From: the human T2T-CHM13v2.0 reference genome, Homo sapiens
Assembly: GCF_009914755.1 (NCBI RefSeq)
Contig: NC_060941.1
Strand: one strand, 5' to 3'
DNA: 64,000 nucleotides
The position numbers and the translations under genes are program-made. Shown here piece by piece: positions 37,151-54,539 of the stretch (its first letter is position 1; the number at the start of each line of letters is the position of its first letter). The notes beneath the pieces were generated by a model that saw only the letters and a program-made list of their open reading frames with translations, was not told the DNA's origin and searched no databases.

Positions 37151-38109
37151 TGCTGCTTTTCATCAATTTTTGAGACATATATAACTCTTATTCATTCATT
37201 TTCATGGCTGTATGGCATTTCATATATGACTCTACCACAATTTATCTATCCTGTTTATCCAGTTGATGGACATTCAACGTACTTCTAATTTTTCTCTATT
37301 ATAAAAAATTAAGCATTGAACATCCTTCTTTATGTCTTCTTGTGCACTGGAATCAGAATCCATCCAAGGGACTTTCCTAGGAATGGAATTGCTAGGAAAT
37401 TAGTTGGTTGAACAGTCTTTTTAAATATAAAAGTGAGAGAGAAAAAGAGAATTGAACAAGGTCTTAGGTTTTCTTTAGATTTGTTGGTTTAGATAAGGAT
37501 TCCAGGTCATCTCATTTTACCAGAGTACAAATTCTCCAATTCCTTTCATCGCTTTTCTCCCAAATTTAAAAACTGGGAAACCTCTTAATTAAAGCCCTGA
37601 TTATGGAGAATTTGTTCAAACTCAAAGAACTAACTTATCTTGAAGCTCAACTGAGACAGGTGAATACGTTGTTTTTTTCTCTCCTTTCTCTCAGAATATT
37701 GAGTATCACTTTAGAATATATTAAACAACCTATCAAGATTAATGAGCTTATTCAGAAAAGAAAATAAGTCCTGGTAAGTAGAATAATAAATTTAAAATTC
37801 TGAATCTTTAAACCCAGGCTGAAAGATGGCCTCTAGTGTAAGCTGCATTACTGTGCTGTGACTTTATGAGCCTTCTGTAATGGTATTTTTCCCCTCCTGC
37901 TAGATCAATTTCAGCGTGTTTGGACCAGCAGATTCCAGGTGATGGATAGGCAGCTTCATTTTAATAGTCTGTTGGTACAGGGTGACCTGTAGCCTTTCCA
38001 GAAGAGGTAAAATGAATCCTCCGGTTGTCACCCCCTCCTTCCTCGCTCCAATTCCATCATTAATCCCCGTTTGAGGATTTGAGTGCTGCCGAGGACTGAC
38101 AGACTCCAT

Positions 38110-38205
38110 GAGGTTCAGCTGCTGCCTGGTACATGTGGTCACCTGCAGCTTCTTCAGCCCTACATGTGAGTAACTCAGGACAAAGGTCTACAACACCTGC
38201 CCTAA
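38110..38205. promoter_or_regulatory. E-box cluster, candidate MyoD/myogenin enhancer
   Basis: CAGCTG 38116, CATGTG 38132, CACCTG 38140, CATGTG 38163, CACCTG 38194 in non-repeat DNA. Confidence 0.5.
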
Positions 38206-38409
38206 ATTTCCCCAAGTCTTCCCAGCACTCCCAGTACCTCAGTCTTCTGTGTTTTAAAGTGTGATACATGCACAAGGCGTGATGTACAGCAGGAGCTAAG
38301 GTGGTCGACTGCGAAGTCCATCGCATCTTAATTGTTCTTAATTTTAAGGTGTATTTTACAGATTTTATTGCTGAAGACAAGGCTAAACAGCATTACATTT
38401 TAAAAATCA

Positions 38410-38737
<328 letters not shown>

Positions 38738-39087
38738 TTAAAAAGTACATAGAGATGCATGTGGCTGTGACAGTATTGGGAAGACTGTATTCAAATGACT
38801 AGATCTGGGAGACACTGATTGAAGCAAAGCACACTCTGACTTAGGGTCCTAGATAAGTCCCTGAATTTATGTGAGTGAATGTTTTCTGGGCACATTCTTT
38901 CAGTTCCTTGGGTCTCAGTTTAGCCCCTGGAAAATGCAGGCATTGGACTAGATCAGGGATTCTCAGCCCTGCCTTCACCTTTGAATCACCCGGACAAATA
39001 ATGAAAAATGCTGGCATCTGGGGGCCCTCTTCAAATCAATTTCATCAACAACTTAGGGTAGGGACAGGGTTAGGCCAGGCATCAGTA

Positions 39088-39384
<297 letters not shown>

Positions 39385-39903
39385 AGCATCAGTATTTTTT
39401 AAAAGCTCTCCCAGTGATTGTCATGTGTAGGTAGCATTGAGAGTCACTAAGTAAGGTGATGTCTGAGGTTCCTTTCAAATCTAAGGTTGACTGATTTTCT
39501 GATCCCATGGATAGACTGTAAATGCAAAGTAAGTTCTGATTCAGTAGCAGTGGAGGAGGCTCATTGTCCCTTTCAGGCTCAGCCATAACAAGCGTGATGT
39601 TTCTCACACTCCAGGATTGGGTCAACACTGGTCTGAAAGCTCCCTGAGGGCAGAGGCTGTGTCCTTTATCTGGCTTTCACCAGTTCCTACCATAGTGCTT
39701 GGTAGACAGTAGGTGCTCAATAAATGTTAGATGAAAGAATGATAGGTTGGAGCTCAGGAATGTGATTTACTAGGGCATCTGGAATTAATCAAGTGGTCAG
39801 AAATTGGTCCATACTAACCAAACTCGCAAGGCACTGAATTTTCTACCAGAATTCCAGTTGATTATTAGTTTATTAAGGGAACTCTTCTGGGTCCAGGAAG
39901 TGA

Positions 39904-40274
<371 letters not shown>

Positions 40275-41465
40275 AAAAGTTGGAGCTCCTTATGTGCAAT
40301 TTCCATCAAGCTCTGAAGGTCTGATGGCTGGACCTCCTTCTCTGTAAGCCTGTTTTTATGTAAAGTGTCAGGATCAGTCATCCAGAATCGTAGTGGGTGT
40401 TGGACCTCCTGGTGACACGCTGATAGATTTTCATTTTCCACCTTCCCCTTTGCAAATACTCATACGACCACTACCTTGCCGTTTGCACTCTTGTTACCAT
40501 AACACACAGTTTCCTAAGTGTTGGATTGTTTTGCCGCTTGCTAATGACATACTCAAGAGAAACACTTCAATCTCCTCTGCAAGGTCACTCCAAATCACTC
40601 AAGCAAGACGGGTTACTTCTGGAAAGCTGCCCTGTAGACAGCTAATCCCATCCTTCTTGCAGGCTTGACTTACGGAGATGGCATTTGCTGACCTTACGTT
40701 TTTAAGAGCCATCTTATTTTGAGGGCTCTAGCACTTTGCCCACCATCTACAATTACCATGACTAAAAATACCTCGGAGGGTGAAGAATCTTCAAGGGGAC
40801 TTTGCAAGTTGGAGACCGTATTCCTTCTATTTCAGTACCATATTTCAAGGCAATAGCCTTGTTCTTGCATTGAGCTACACATTACCTGCCAGACGAATAT
40901 TTCACTTTACAGTTGATTGGAAGCCAATCTTGAAGCGGAACCTTGTGATTATGTCACCATTGCCCCCTTGAATGTACCCAACAGTGATTTTCTTGACAGC
41001 ACCTTTACTGCTTAGCCACTGTACGCAGATTTGGCCACCTTCCCTGTGCACCTTGCCAGGGCTGCATTTTCCCCCATGAAAATGGAAGCTTCCATCGGTG
41101 CGTGTCGGCCGCAATCCTCCAAGTACCATCTCTGTCTTCCACCGCCCGCATAGTATAACTTGAGGGCTTCCACATAAACCTAGGATAGGAGAAACAGAGA
41201 TGTATTTTGTTACCTAGGAGCTGGTATTTGTCTGGAGGAAAGTGTGGAAGGTGCCGCTGCAGGTTCAAACGGAGCTGTGTGCATGGCACATCTTTTTAGG
41301 CCATTGACTGGAGCAGTGGTGTGTCACTCAGAGTCACTCATGTGCAAATAGGTTGCCAACCTCTGATTGCAGGCTTAAACATGTGAGGCTCCACCACTCC
41401 CTGCCCATTTCTGAGTGTGTTTAAATAAAAGGAAGTGCTTCCACCATGTAAAAATGTTGGAGTAT

Positions 41466-41765
<300 letters not shown>

Positions 41766-41838
41766 TCAGGAAGCTCTTCTTTGAAATTAATTTATATATT
41801 TCTTCTCCTATACCTTCAGTCTGACTGGACTGTAGGGG

Positions 41839-41840
<2 letters not shown>

Positions 41841-41894
<54 letters not shown>
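41841..41894. repeat. (GT)27 microsatellite
   Basis: Uninterrupted GT run. Confidence 0.95.
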
Positions 41895-41896
<2 letters not shown>

Positions 41897-44669
41897 GTAC
41901 CTGTATGTGAATAGAACATTCATGGAAGGGCACACAAGAAACTGTAAACAGTGCTTACTTTAGGGAGGGGCATGGATGAACTGGGATACCAAAGAGACTA
42001 TTTTTATTTTCAGATATTTTGTGCTGTTTTAGACTGCTCTTTCTTCCATTAAATGAGAGATTAGATCTGAATGGCCACGTGATCTTCTGAGTCCCATCTG
42101 TAAGAATCTGCATTTCCACGGAATTGGGGGTACGTTTTATATTTTCTTTCTGTAATCTTTTTACTTTACTGAATTCAACTCTGACGATTATATAGAAACA
42201 CCTCATTTTTCTAGCATTACCTGAGAATGAAATTTCCCACACTGGGAATTCTCCAGGTAAATGAATCTAATCCCTTTATGTTGTTGAGGTTTGAAGTAAT
42301 TTCTAATGGGATATTTAGAAGCTGCATTACATACCCCCCCCCTCTTTATTTTACAGCTTGAGGAGACATGTTTCACATGCCATTAACACTCACCTATTAA
42401 AAGTTCAGTGGTTTTACGACAGTATATTCACTGAGATGTGCAATCATCACCACAAGCTAATTTTAGGGCATTTCAACACCCCCAAAAGAAACTCCATACT
42501 CATTAAGCACTCACTCCCCATTCTCCCCTTCTCTCACCTTCTGGAAACCACTCATCTATTTCTTTCTCTGTGGATTTGCCTATTCTGAGCATTTCACATG
42601 GACTCATACAATGCGGGGTCTTTTGTGTTTCCTATCCTCTTAAACAGAGTGCAGTTAGTAGCATGTTACTTTTTCTTTATGATTTAGGATTATTATGATT
42701 GGCATTGTGCCAAGCCCATGGCAACCTTGAGAAATATTTAGATAGGGCCCCTGTTTGCCTCTTATAGATTCCATGGCCCATTAATGTGCCTGTGGCTCCC
42801 TTTGGGCTCTGTGGCTGGGCCACCAGGTGACTGCTGAACACTTTGTCTTCTGATCCTGAACTCTCATGTTAACCATTATTTCCTTTCCAGTCCCCCCATG
42901 TCTGCAAAGTTGGTCATAGGTACATAAATGAGATCAGGTCTCAGCCCTCACGCCTTCGCTTGACCCAGCCTCATAAGGTCACTCCACTGCGAGCCTCTCT
43001 GGTGTGTTTCTGCCTTTCTCCTGGAGTGATGAAACAGGCTGAAATCTTTTCTTCTTGCATTGCTATCTTCAGCATCTTATATCATTCAGTCAGCTAAATT
43101 CCATCTTTGTGATAAATCCCCCACAAATATTTTGTGATCTCTCTGATCTAAGCAGTGTTAAACCTTTTGATTCCTTGTATCCTTCCTCTCCCCTTTCTTA
43201 AAATAGTCTGTAGCGCTCATGTCAAGGACCTGCTCAGCTTCCCTTTCTCTAAAATTGCATAATCCTACAAGAATATTTTCCCTTCTTTTCCTTCAGGAGC
43301 AAACGTTCTCAAAACATTCTTAAATGCAAACCCGCAGGCACAGCATGTGTCTGTCAACTCCAAGAGCATTTGGATGTTCGAAGGGAGAGGATGTTTGACA
43401 TCTAACCCGTCGTGGAAAGAGGAGCCTCTGTGAGTATTTCTTTACTTCTTGGTAGGAATAGGGTGAAGGAAGAAGAGTCTGATTTAGGGTATTGTCACAG
43501 CTCTGGGTCAGACTCTTATGAGGGTTATTTGAGGTTAGATGAGTCAACTTGGCAGGGAGGGAGTGGTTACTGTTCTGAATTTGGCTAAGGGAGCATGGCA
43601 GGGTCCAACTACAGTATAGTATGGGAATTTCAGGTTGGGGGGCTTCTCATCTTATGCCTGTTGTCAGGGTAAGCCCGTAAGTGTGGGGGCACCCTTGCAG
43701 AGAGTAGCCCAGGTTCATTCTGAATTTGGAGAGACCAAGAAATTTCAGTCCGTGTCAGAGAAACTGATCCTTGGTTGGGCCTGACTTGGGCTGGGGAAGG
43801 GATGGCAAGTAGAACAGTGCTTGGCACATAGAGGTACCAGAAATATCTGCTGAATGACGGTGCCGCTGATGTCACTGAGCGGTCGGTAGCCACGGTCCGT
43901 CATGAGAGGCTGAGAGAGATTCTCAGGCCAGGCTTGGCGGGAAATGCTGTAATTTACGATTGCTCTGCCACAGGTGCAGGTGAGTGAGTGGAAGGGGCAC
44001 GATGCAGGTGCAGGACCTGTGGTGGGACGTCAGAACTGGAGTCTGAATATGTTGCAGTGACCCTCAGTTGCAGACGGGAATCAGAGAAGAGTCTGGGCAC
44101 ATCCACTTTTGGATAACCTGACACTAAGGGATTCTGCTGAGCTCAGACCTGGGCAGATTAGCAGACAGGACACCCCCAGGCTCAGCCCAAGGTGGTTAGA
44201 ATTGAGGCAGCCTCCACCGCAGCTACCCTGGTGGGCCTGCATTTGACAGACCATAAAGTGATTCCCCTCATAAGTGACCCAACCCTGCCTTCTGGTGGTC
44301 ATTTCCATCAACTGCACCTGGGTTTAAAAGGACTGGTGTGGGAGCTCCTTTTCCTCACCACTCTCCTCAGCTCTCCTCAGCACTGGGGCTTTAGGACTAA
44401 TTTTACTAACTCACATGAACCCAGTTCTGCTGTGATGTGAGTGTAATAAGCAGGAAAAGTCAATGTACTTCAAGACTCCATCTGGTTCCACCCATTGTCT
44501 GAGACAATTCAGTTATAGTTATAACATGTGACAGGCATCATGCAGGGCCTTGAATTTGCTTCGTAGCAGAAATCTTTTAAGGCAGGTACTATAATTATTC
44601 ACGTTACCGAGGAGGAAACTGAGGCTCAGAGAGGCGCTGTTATTCTTGCTGCAAGACTATGACATTCAG

Positions 44670-45043
<374 letters not shown>

Positions 45044-45600
45044 TCAGTTTTGGGTGCCACCAACCTGTTAACAATGGCACCTCCTCACCTTACCCCAGTC
45101 CATCCTTCAGACAGTGGAATTGAGGAGAATGGACAGGGAGGGGCACTTTCTATTTTATGTTTTACAAATGTATTTTTATAATGAGCATATATTATCTCCA
45201 TAATTCTTTTTTAAATTGTAGACTAAATTCTGGGTGTCATCCCTGATGAAGGGATCTTGCCAGCCTAGGAAGGAGGAGGCAGGATACAGGAACTGGAGCT
45301 CCTTCACCTTGAGAGAACAGGGGTTCATAGGAGTATGGTGGCTGTCTAATGACCCTGGAAGATCCAAGAGAGCAGATTTATTCCGTGTGTGTCTCCAGCG
45401 CCCAGACCCAGGGTCAGGAGGTGGAGTTCTCAAAACGGGAGTTCAGCTGTGTGACAAAGCATCTTGCTAGCCAGGAGGGGCTGCCTTCTGCTGGAAAAAG
45501 TGGGATAACTTTGAAAGAACTTAAGCTGGAAGTTACTGGGATGTTTATACAGGAGAGTCAGTGGTGGGGAGAAGATTGGGGTTTAAAATATTAAAGCTAT

Positions 45601-46190
<590 letters not shown>

Positions 46191-46665
46191 AAGCCTTTGA
46201 TATTCCGGTCTCCCAGTCTGTGATCCTACCAGTGGGCTGCAGTACCCACTCCTGCCTCTAGGTGGCAGCCTTGGCTCTGTAAAAACCAGGTCTGTTTTTG
46301 GTGCCCTGGTTCCCACCCTTGGCTGGGTATTGTTTTCATCTGGAGATTTAGGGTATTGCAATCTACTGATGCCTGGGGCTGCACCTCCGGATATTCTGAT
46401 TTAATTGGTCTCGGGTGGGACCTGGGAATTGGGAATTTTGAAAGCTCCTCAGGTGGCTCTAAGCCAAGGTTTGGAGTGACTGAGTGCTTAGACCCTGCCA
46501 TTTCTGTGGGTTCGGTGAGCAGATTGTTTCATTTTATTTTCTTTCACTGTACTCTGCAGGGGGAGACTGGACCCATGGAGAGAAAGTAGGAGCATTAAAA
46601 GAGATGTCACCAGAAGCTACAAAACATACCAGCTCATTAAGATAGAGACAACAAAATAGGTCCCT

Positions 46666-46675
46666 CTAAAAATAG
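46666..46675. promoter_or_regulatory. Perfect MEF2 site
   Basis: CTAAAAATAG matches YTAWWWWTAR, in non-repeat DNA. Confidence 0.4.
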
Positions 46676-47223
46676 GAGAGAGAGAAGAAACAGGAGCTTA
46701 AACAGTGCCCATGAAGGAGTTACAGGCCTTTAACTCCCCCAGGAAGTGAATTTACTCCAGCCATGTAGAGGGCAGGGGAATGTTCCAGAAGGCAGGGTGA
46801 CACGCTGGCCGGGGGCCAGAGACCTCTCTCTTTCTGGTAGCTTTAGCATGCGGCCAGGCAGTGGCAGTTCCGGAATTCAGGACTCTCTGGGGACCTGCGG
46901 GTATGGGCTGGCAGAAGGGGCTTCACAGGGAGAATAAGGGGCTTGCGGGGAGTTGGTTCCAGCCAGTGACAGTGAACTGACCCAGCCCAACACCTCTGTC
47001 CCTAGGCATGGTGGCTGCCCTCATATCTGCCCCAGCCCAGCACTGGGATCTCACAGAGAAAAAGGGCCTTCCGTAAAGGCAGAAAATAGCTATTGCCATA
47101 ACTCTTCAAGATGCTGGGCCACAAACCACATTGCTGCGGCCCAAGCCCGGACTAGAGGGAGGCAAGTGAGGCACCCTCTTTGGCACAAAATCTAAGGGGA
47201 CTGCAAAAAACCCTCATTAATCA

Positions 47224-47574
<351 letters not shown>

Positions 47575-48358
47575 TCATATTGTATTGCAATACTTTTTAA
47601 AATCAAGGTTAGTGCAAAAAACACCCATGATTAACAAAATTTTAAATGAAGATGGGATGGGTGTTCCTGCCTTTATGAGCCTAAATGGCTTCTCTTGCCT
47701 TTACTCCTCTGTGGCACAGCACGGCTCTGGACTTCTGTAAGGGAGTCTTCTATTTTTCACCCACACCTTGCAGGAGCCACCAGTCAGCTTTGGCACCTCA
47801 AGAACTTTAGCACTCAGGGTGAGGCCAGGCTAGAGACCCTGATGCCTGGCAGAGCAGCAGTGCCACCTAGTGGCTCACGCCTATAATCCCAGCACTTTGG
47901 GAGGCTCTAGTGCCAAGGCATGAAGGGTGATGCCAGACAGAGCAACAGAGAGGGCCAGAAGCTGTCCGGAAGAGAGGGTTTTCCAGAGCACAGGAGCACG
48001 GGAGCCTCTGCATGGGCAGCTGCACGGGCGGAGCTGAGGTGGGGCAGCAGGGAGGCTGAATGAACAGATGAGGCAGGAGCAGGGAAGAGTCAGTGTTGCT
48101 GAGACTGATTTTTCCTGCAGGCAGAAAATTCCCATGCACAGTCTTAGCACCGCCACAGGCAGATGGGGTGACCTGGAAGCAGTCGCCCCTCCTTGTCCTC
48201 ATCTATGAAACAGGAGGGTCAGCACAGACCGTCTGTCTCTGTGGCTTGCATATTCTTCAGAACTTGTGCCCAAGTTTCCATTTCCAGGGACGGGTGTGAG
48301 AAATCAGCTTCCGAGCGACAAAACAGTCTCCTGTTGGCAGCTCCAGGCCGCCCCCCCC

Positions 48359-49776
<1,418 letters not shown>

Positions 49777-50119
49777 TGACATGACAGTCCCAGGAGCAGC
49801 ATCACCGACCACCACATATCCAATCCGAGGGAGAGGAAGGAGGAAAGGACTTCTCCATGGGGATGTCCTCACCCAGCCTCGAGATTGTGACTTTCTGGAA
49901 ACTTTAGTAACAAATGCTGCCTGTGCCAACAGCTTAGCACTTGGTTATACTGTTAATTAATTCCCAGAATCTTAGACACTAGGGTGGCAAATAGGATTTT
50001 ATGAGTGCCTGAGTGCCAGAGAAGATTAGCAAGAGAAAAAAAAACAAACAAACAAACAAACAAAAAACAGAATGGAGAGGTTTCACTCTTGGACATGGAG
50101 TTTTGAGAAATCCTCCAGG

Positions 50120-50760
50120 GCCTGGTTCTCAGAGGGTGGTCCCTGGACCACCAGCATCAGTATCATCAGGGAACTTGCTAGAACCGTAAAACCTTGAGCC
50201 CCATTCCAGACCTGAGAATCAGAACCTGGAAGGTGGGGTCTGGTGAGGTGGGTTTCAGCCAACAAGCCCTGCAGAGCATTCCGAGGCATGTTCAAGTTTG
50301 AGAATCACTGATTTAGAGCCATGCTTCTCAAACCCCGCTGTGCCTGCCAGTCACCCAGGGATCTCATTAGAAAGCAGATTCTGATCCAGTCGCCTAGGGA
50401 GGGTTCTAAGACTTTGCAGTTCTGACAAGCTCCCAGGTGACACAATACTGCTGGTCTTTGGAAAACTTTGTGTAGCAGAGATCTAGGCCTGCATTTCCCA
50501 GACAAGCTTTATGATGAAAGTCACCTGGGTGCTTATTAACTATACAAGTTACCAGGTCTCTCCCCTGGAAATTCCCGTTTTGTGGATCTGGCTTTGGGCC
50601 CAGGAATCCGCTTTTTAAAACAACTGCTCTAAGAGTTTACCTTTAGGCAGATGATTAGAATCACCAGGGAACGTTTCAATGCAGATTCCCCAGCTCCAAC
50701 CCAACCTACTGACTCAGAATCTCTGACGGTGCAGCCCTAAATTCTGAATTTTTTTTTAAA
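50120..50760. mobile_element. Cluster of MER5-type hAT MITEs
   Basis: ggtccctggaccaccagcatcag..cccattccagacctgagaatcagaa; ctcccaggtga; gcagattcc. Confidence 0.65.
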
Positions 50761-50776
50761 GAAAGTAAACCAGGCA

Positions 50777-51124
<348 letters not shown>

Positions 51125-51553
51125 TCAGACCTCTCGTTTTTCAAGTAAGGAACCGGAAACCTGGAGAGTGAGATGCCAAAGATTATGAAAGAAACTGGAA
51201 GGAAAGTGAAGACTGGAACAGAGATTTTCTCATTCCTGCTTGAGTGTTCTTCCAATGACTGTGTGTGTGTAGCTTTGAAAATACAAAGTATTGGGAATAG
51301 GAACTGTGATACAAACAAAGGTAAGTAGGACAGTGTAAGTCATGACTGCTACTCAGGGAGAGTAGAGGGAGTATTTAAAAATGCCCCTAAAAAGGTGCAC
51401 AAAGGATAGGGGCGTAGCCACTGGTGGGTGGGGAGGACCAAGACAGCCTGAGGTGTGTTAAGATTTCAAGGGGAGATGGCTGGGCGGGAGTAGTGAAGGG
51501 GAGCCACATCTGCGGGCACACGTGGAAGGACAGGTTGAGTATCCATCTGAGGC

Positions 51554-51857
<304 letters not shown>

Positions 51858-53409
51858 TATCCATCTGAGGCAAGTGTACTAAACTGATGGGCCGGGAGGG
51901 GGCATTCACAGTTGCTGGGCAGAGCAGTGACAGGTCAGAGTTGTGTTTCAAATAGGCCTAAGTAGGACTAAGTTGTATTAACTAACTTGAATGGACTCAG
52001 CTGTAACATTGTCTGTCTTGAACACTACACACTTTGGGGCCAAATGGTTGGTGAACCATGTGTACCCCAGATCACCAGCTCTTCATATCACCATGCAAGC
52101 CAAAAATTCGTTTCAATTGAGCCATGACATGCAGGAAGAGACTGCCCAAAATTGCTTCTTCCTTTTTCTGTAACACTTAATATTCAAACTGTCTTTTTAA
52201 CTCAGCAACACAGGATGATTTAAACTATAGACCTAGTATTAATATTTCCTTACAGAGGTGGCAACAGCCACCAAAACAAACAAACAAAAAAGCTCATGTT
52301 CATCTCCACCCCCATATTTCAGACAGTGACATGAAGGCAATGGATTCTCAGCATTACAAGGCAAGACAGAACTTGAAGGAAGAAGGCTGGGAGGAAACCA
52401 ATGTTGAATGAACACTGACTCTGTGCTCAGCCCTGAGCAAGCAGTGGAATGCCCCTGGGCTGTGAGCCACGAATTCAAATCCCAGCTTGTAGAGCTGTTC
52501 TGGGGGTTAGAAGTTTGGGGTCCCTCGTTGCTGCACTCGTTCCAGGTTTGGGGCTGGCGCTGCCCTTCTGACCCCTCCCTAAAGTGGACACAGGAGAAGG
52601 AGCGGGGAGAAGAGACAGGCGGCCAGGAGACACCCTGTTGAGGGCTCCCTCTGCTTGCAACAGGACCTGCTGAGGTTGCAGCTGAAGTGCTGGTCTTCCC
52701 AGAGAAAACAACCCCTCATTCTCAAAGGATGAGAGTGAGCCCTGCGGGGCTGCATGCTCTTGGCCATGGGAGATCAACTGTGGTCACATAGAGTGTAATC
52801 AGTGTGTATTTATGGATCACTCACTACATGCAAGACCGGGACACAGCCGGGATTTACTGTGGGGCTGAAAGCAAGTCACTTAAAAAGGTAAAAATTCATG
52901 TCCTTTTAATCTACTTTTCAGCAAGGAACATCACGTCTGAATGCTCGCGGCCTCTGCCTGCCCCGTGGGATGGTGCTGGAAATTATACTCATATTTAGAT
53001 AGCATTCTCTGCAAGTGGCTGCTGTTGTCCTTCCATCGTCAGCACAGGCAGATGCTGGGAGTACCCACCTTGGGGTGAGGTGGCAAGAGAGGGCCAGCTT
53101 GTATCCGCCTCGTTGTCGTCCTTCCTTCCTGACTTGACTCTCTCCTCTGTGGCCTTCTCAGGAGTGGGATGTGGTTGTGAGGAGAATGTGCACTTTACCC
53201 CTCACCAGTCCAGAGAGGGGCACATAGCCCAAACCTCTCCCCTTCCCAGAAACCTGCAAGTCCCCCTGGGTGCGCCTGTGTGATGAGGCAGGCTCCGAGA
53301 GCCACAGGCTGGTGGGCCACTAGGAAGCAGTAAAGGAAGACATTTTATGATTGTAGCTGGAGATAATGAATTGAAAAGCTGGTCTCTGTTTCTGGAAATG
53401 ATGCCAGGA

Positions 53410-53500
53410 GGCCCTCAAAATAAACGCCCACCTGTCCTTCAGGTCTCAACACCTGTTGCTCTTGGGACAGAGATCCCAGGCCCAAAATAGGCACAGCTGC
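53410..53500. promoter_or_regulatory. Candidate muscle enhancer module
   Basis: MEF2-like CTCAAAATAA 53414, CACCTG 53429, MEF3-like TCAGGTCTC 53439, CACCTG 53450, perfect CArG CCAAAATAGG 53482, CAGCTG 53494. Confidence 0.6.
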
Positions 53501-54539
53501 TATGGATGCTCGTCTTGCCCTCCTGGAGCTGAGACTGGGCCATGTTTGGAAATATGTCTCCCTCCATCCCCTCCTCCCATCCTCATTTGGAGCCTTAGGG
53601 CTTTAAGACGTGAGCTCTTTCCTCGCTCCCTCTCCCCAGTCTTTCTTGGGTATCTCTGCTCCTCCCATCACCTGTTCCTGGGCATGGCATAGGCAGTTGG
53701 TAAATGACAGATGAATGAATACATGTACAAGGAAACACAGATCTGAAATTTCTAGCAGCAAAGTTTGGAGCAGGAAGCTCTGGCTGGCCCTGGGCTTTTT
53801 GCTAAGGGTGTTCTGGCTTCGCGTGGCAGCACCCCTCCCCACCGGGCCTTTGCCAGGACGCTCGATCCTCTCTTCGGGCTTCTGAGCAGTGTGAATTGCA
53901 AACAGCCATGCCCACTCCCCAGGCCAAGAAAACCAAGTTCATGGCCAGGATTGCTCACAAAAAAAAAAAAAAAAAAAGAACCACTTCTGCCTTATCATTC
54001 TCTCTTTATTACCGAAATGCGGAGACAGAAAGTCAACAGAGAAAGAATTGTTTTCCCCAAGGCCACACAGATTGCTCCAACACTTGACTTTTCCTGCTAG
54101 GAACTCAATCCAAGAGATGGGCTTTCTTTTGTTCTCTGACTATAAAAGGGTGTCACCTTGTCACCATCTTCTATCACACAGGACCCCTATGGGCTTGGTT
54201 TGGTTTTGTTCTTTCATCATTATTATTTGGAAAGTTATATTTCCTTTACTGTCCTTGAGGTGTGAGGCTTCACCTCATCTTGTCTCCATATCCCTGAGTC
54301 ACTAAGGAGTCCTATGTCAATGACACCTCTCCATATGCTTTACCTAAGCTGCCCCTTCTCTCAGCAAGTTCGCGCCAGGCTTCCCCATGAAGGCCACCTA
54401 AGGGTGTCTATCGTCCCCCTCCTAAATCTCCCCAGGACTTTTGAACAAGGGCCATGTCCAGTTTAATGTCACACAAAGAAGACTCATCAAAGCCCAGGAG
54501 TTGGGAGTTCTTGCTCCTCACTGCCATGGAAAGCATGAA

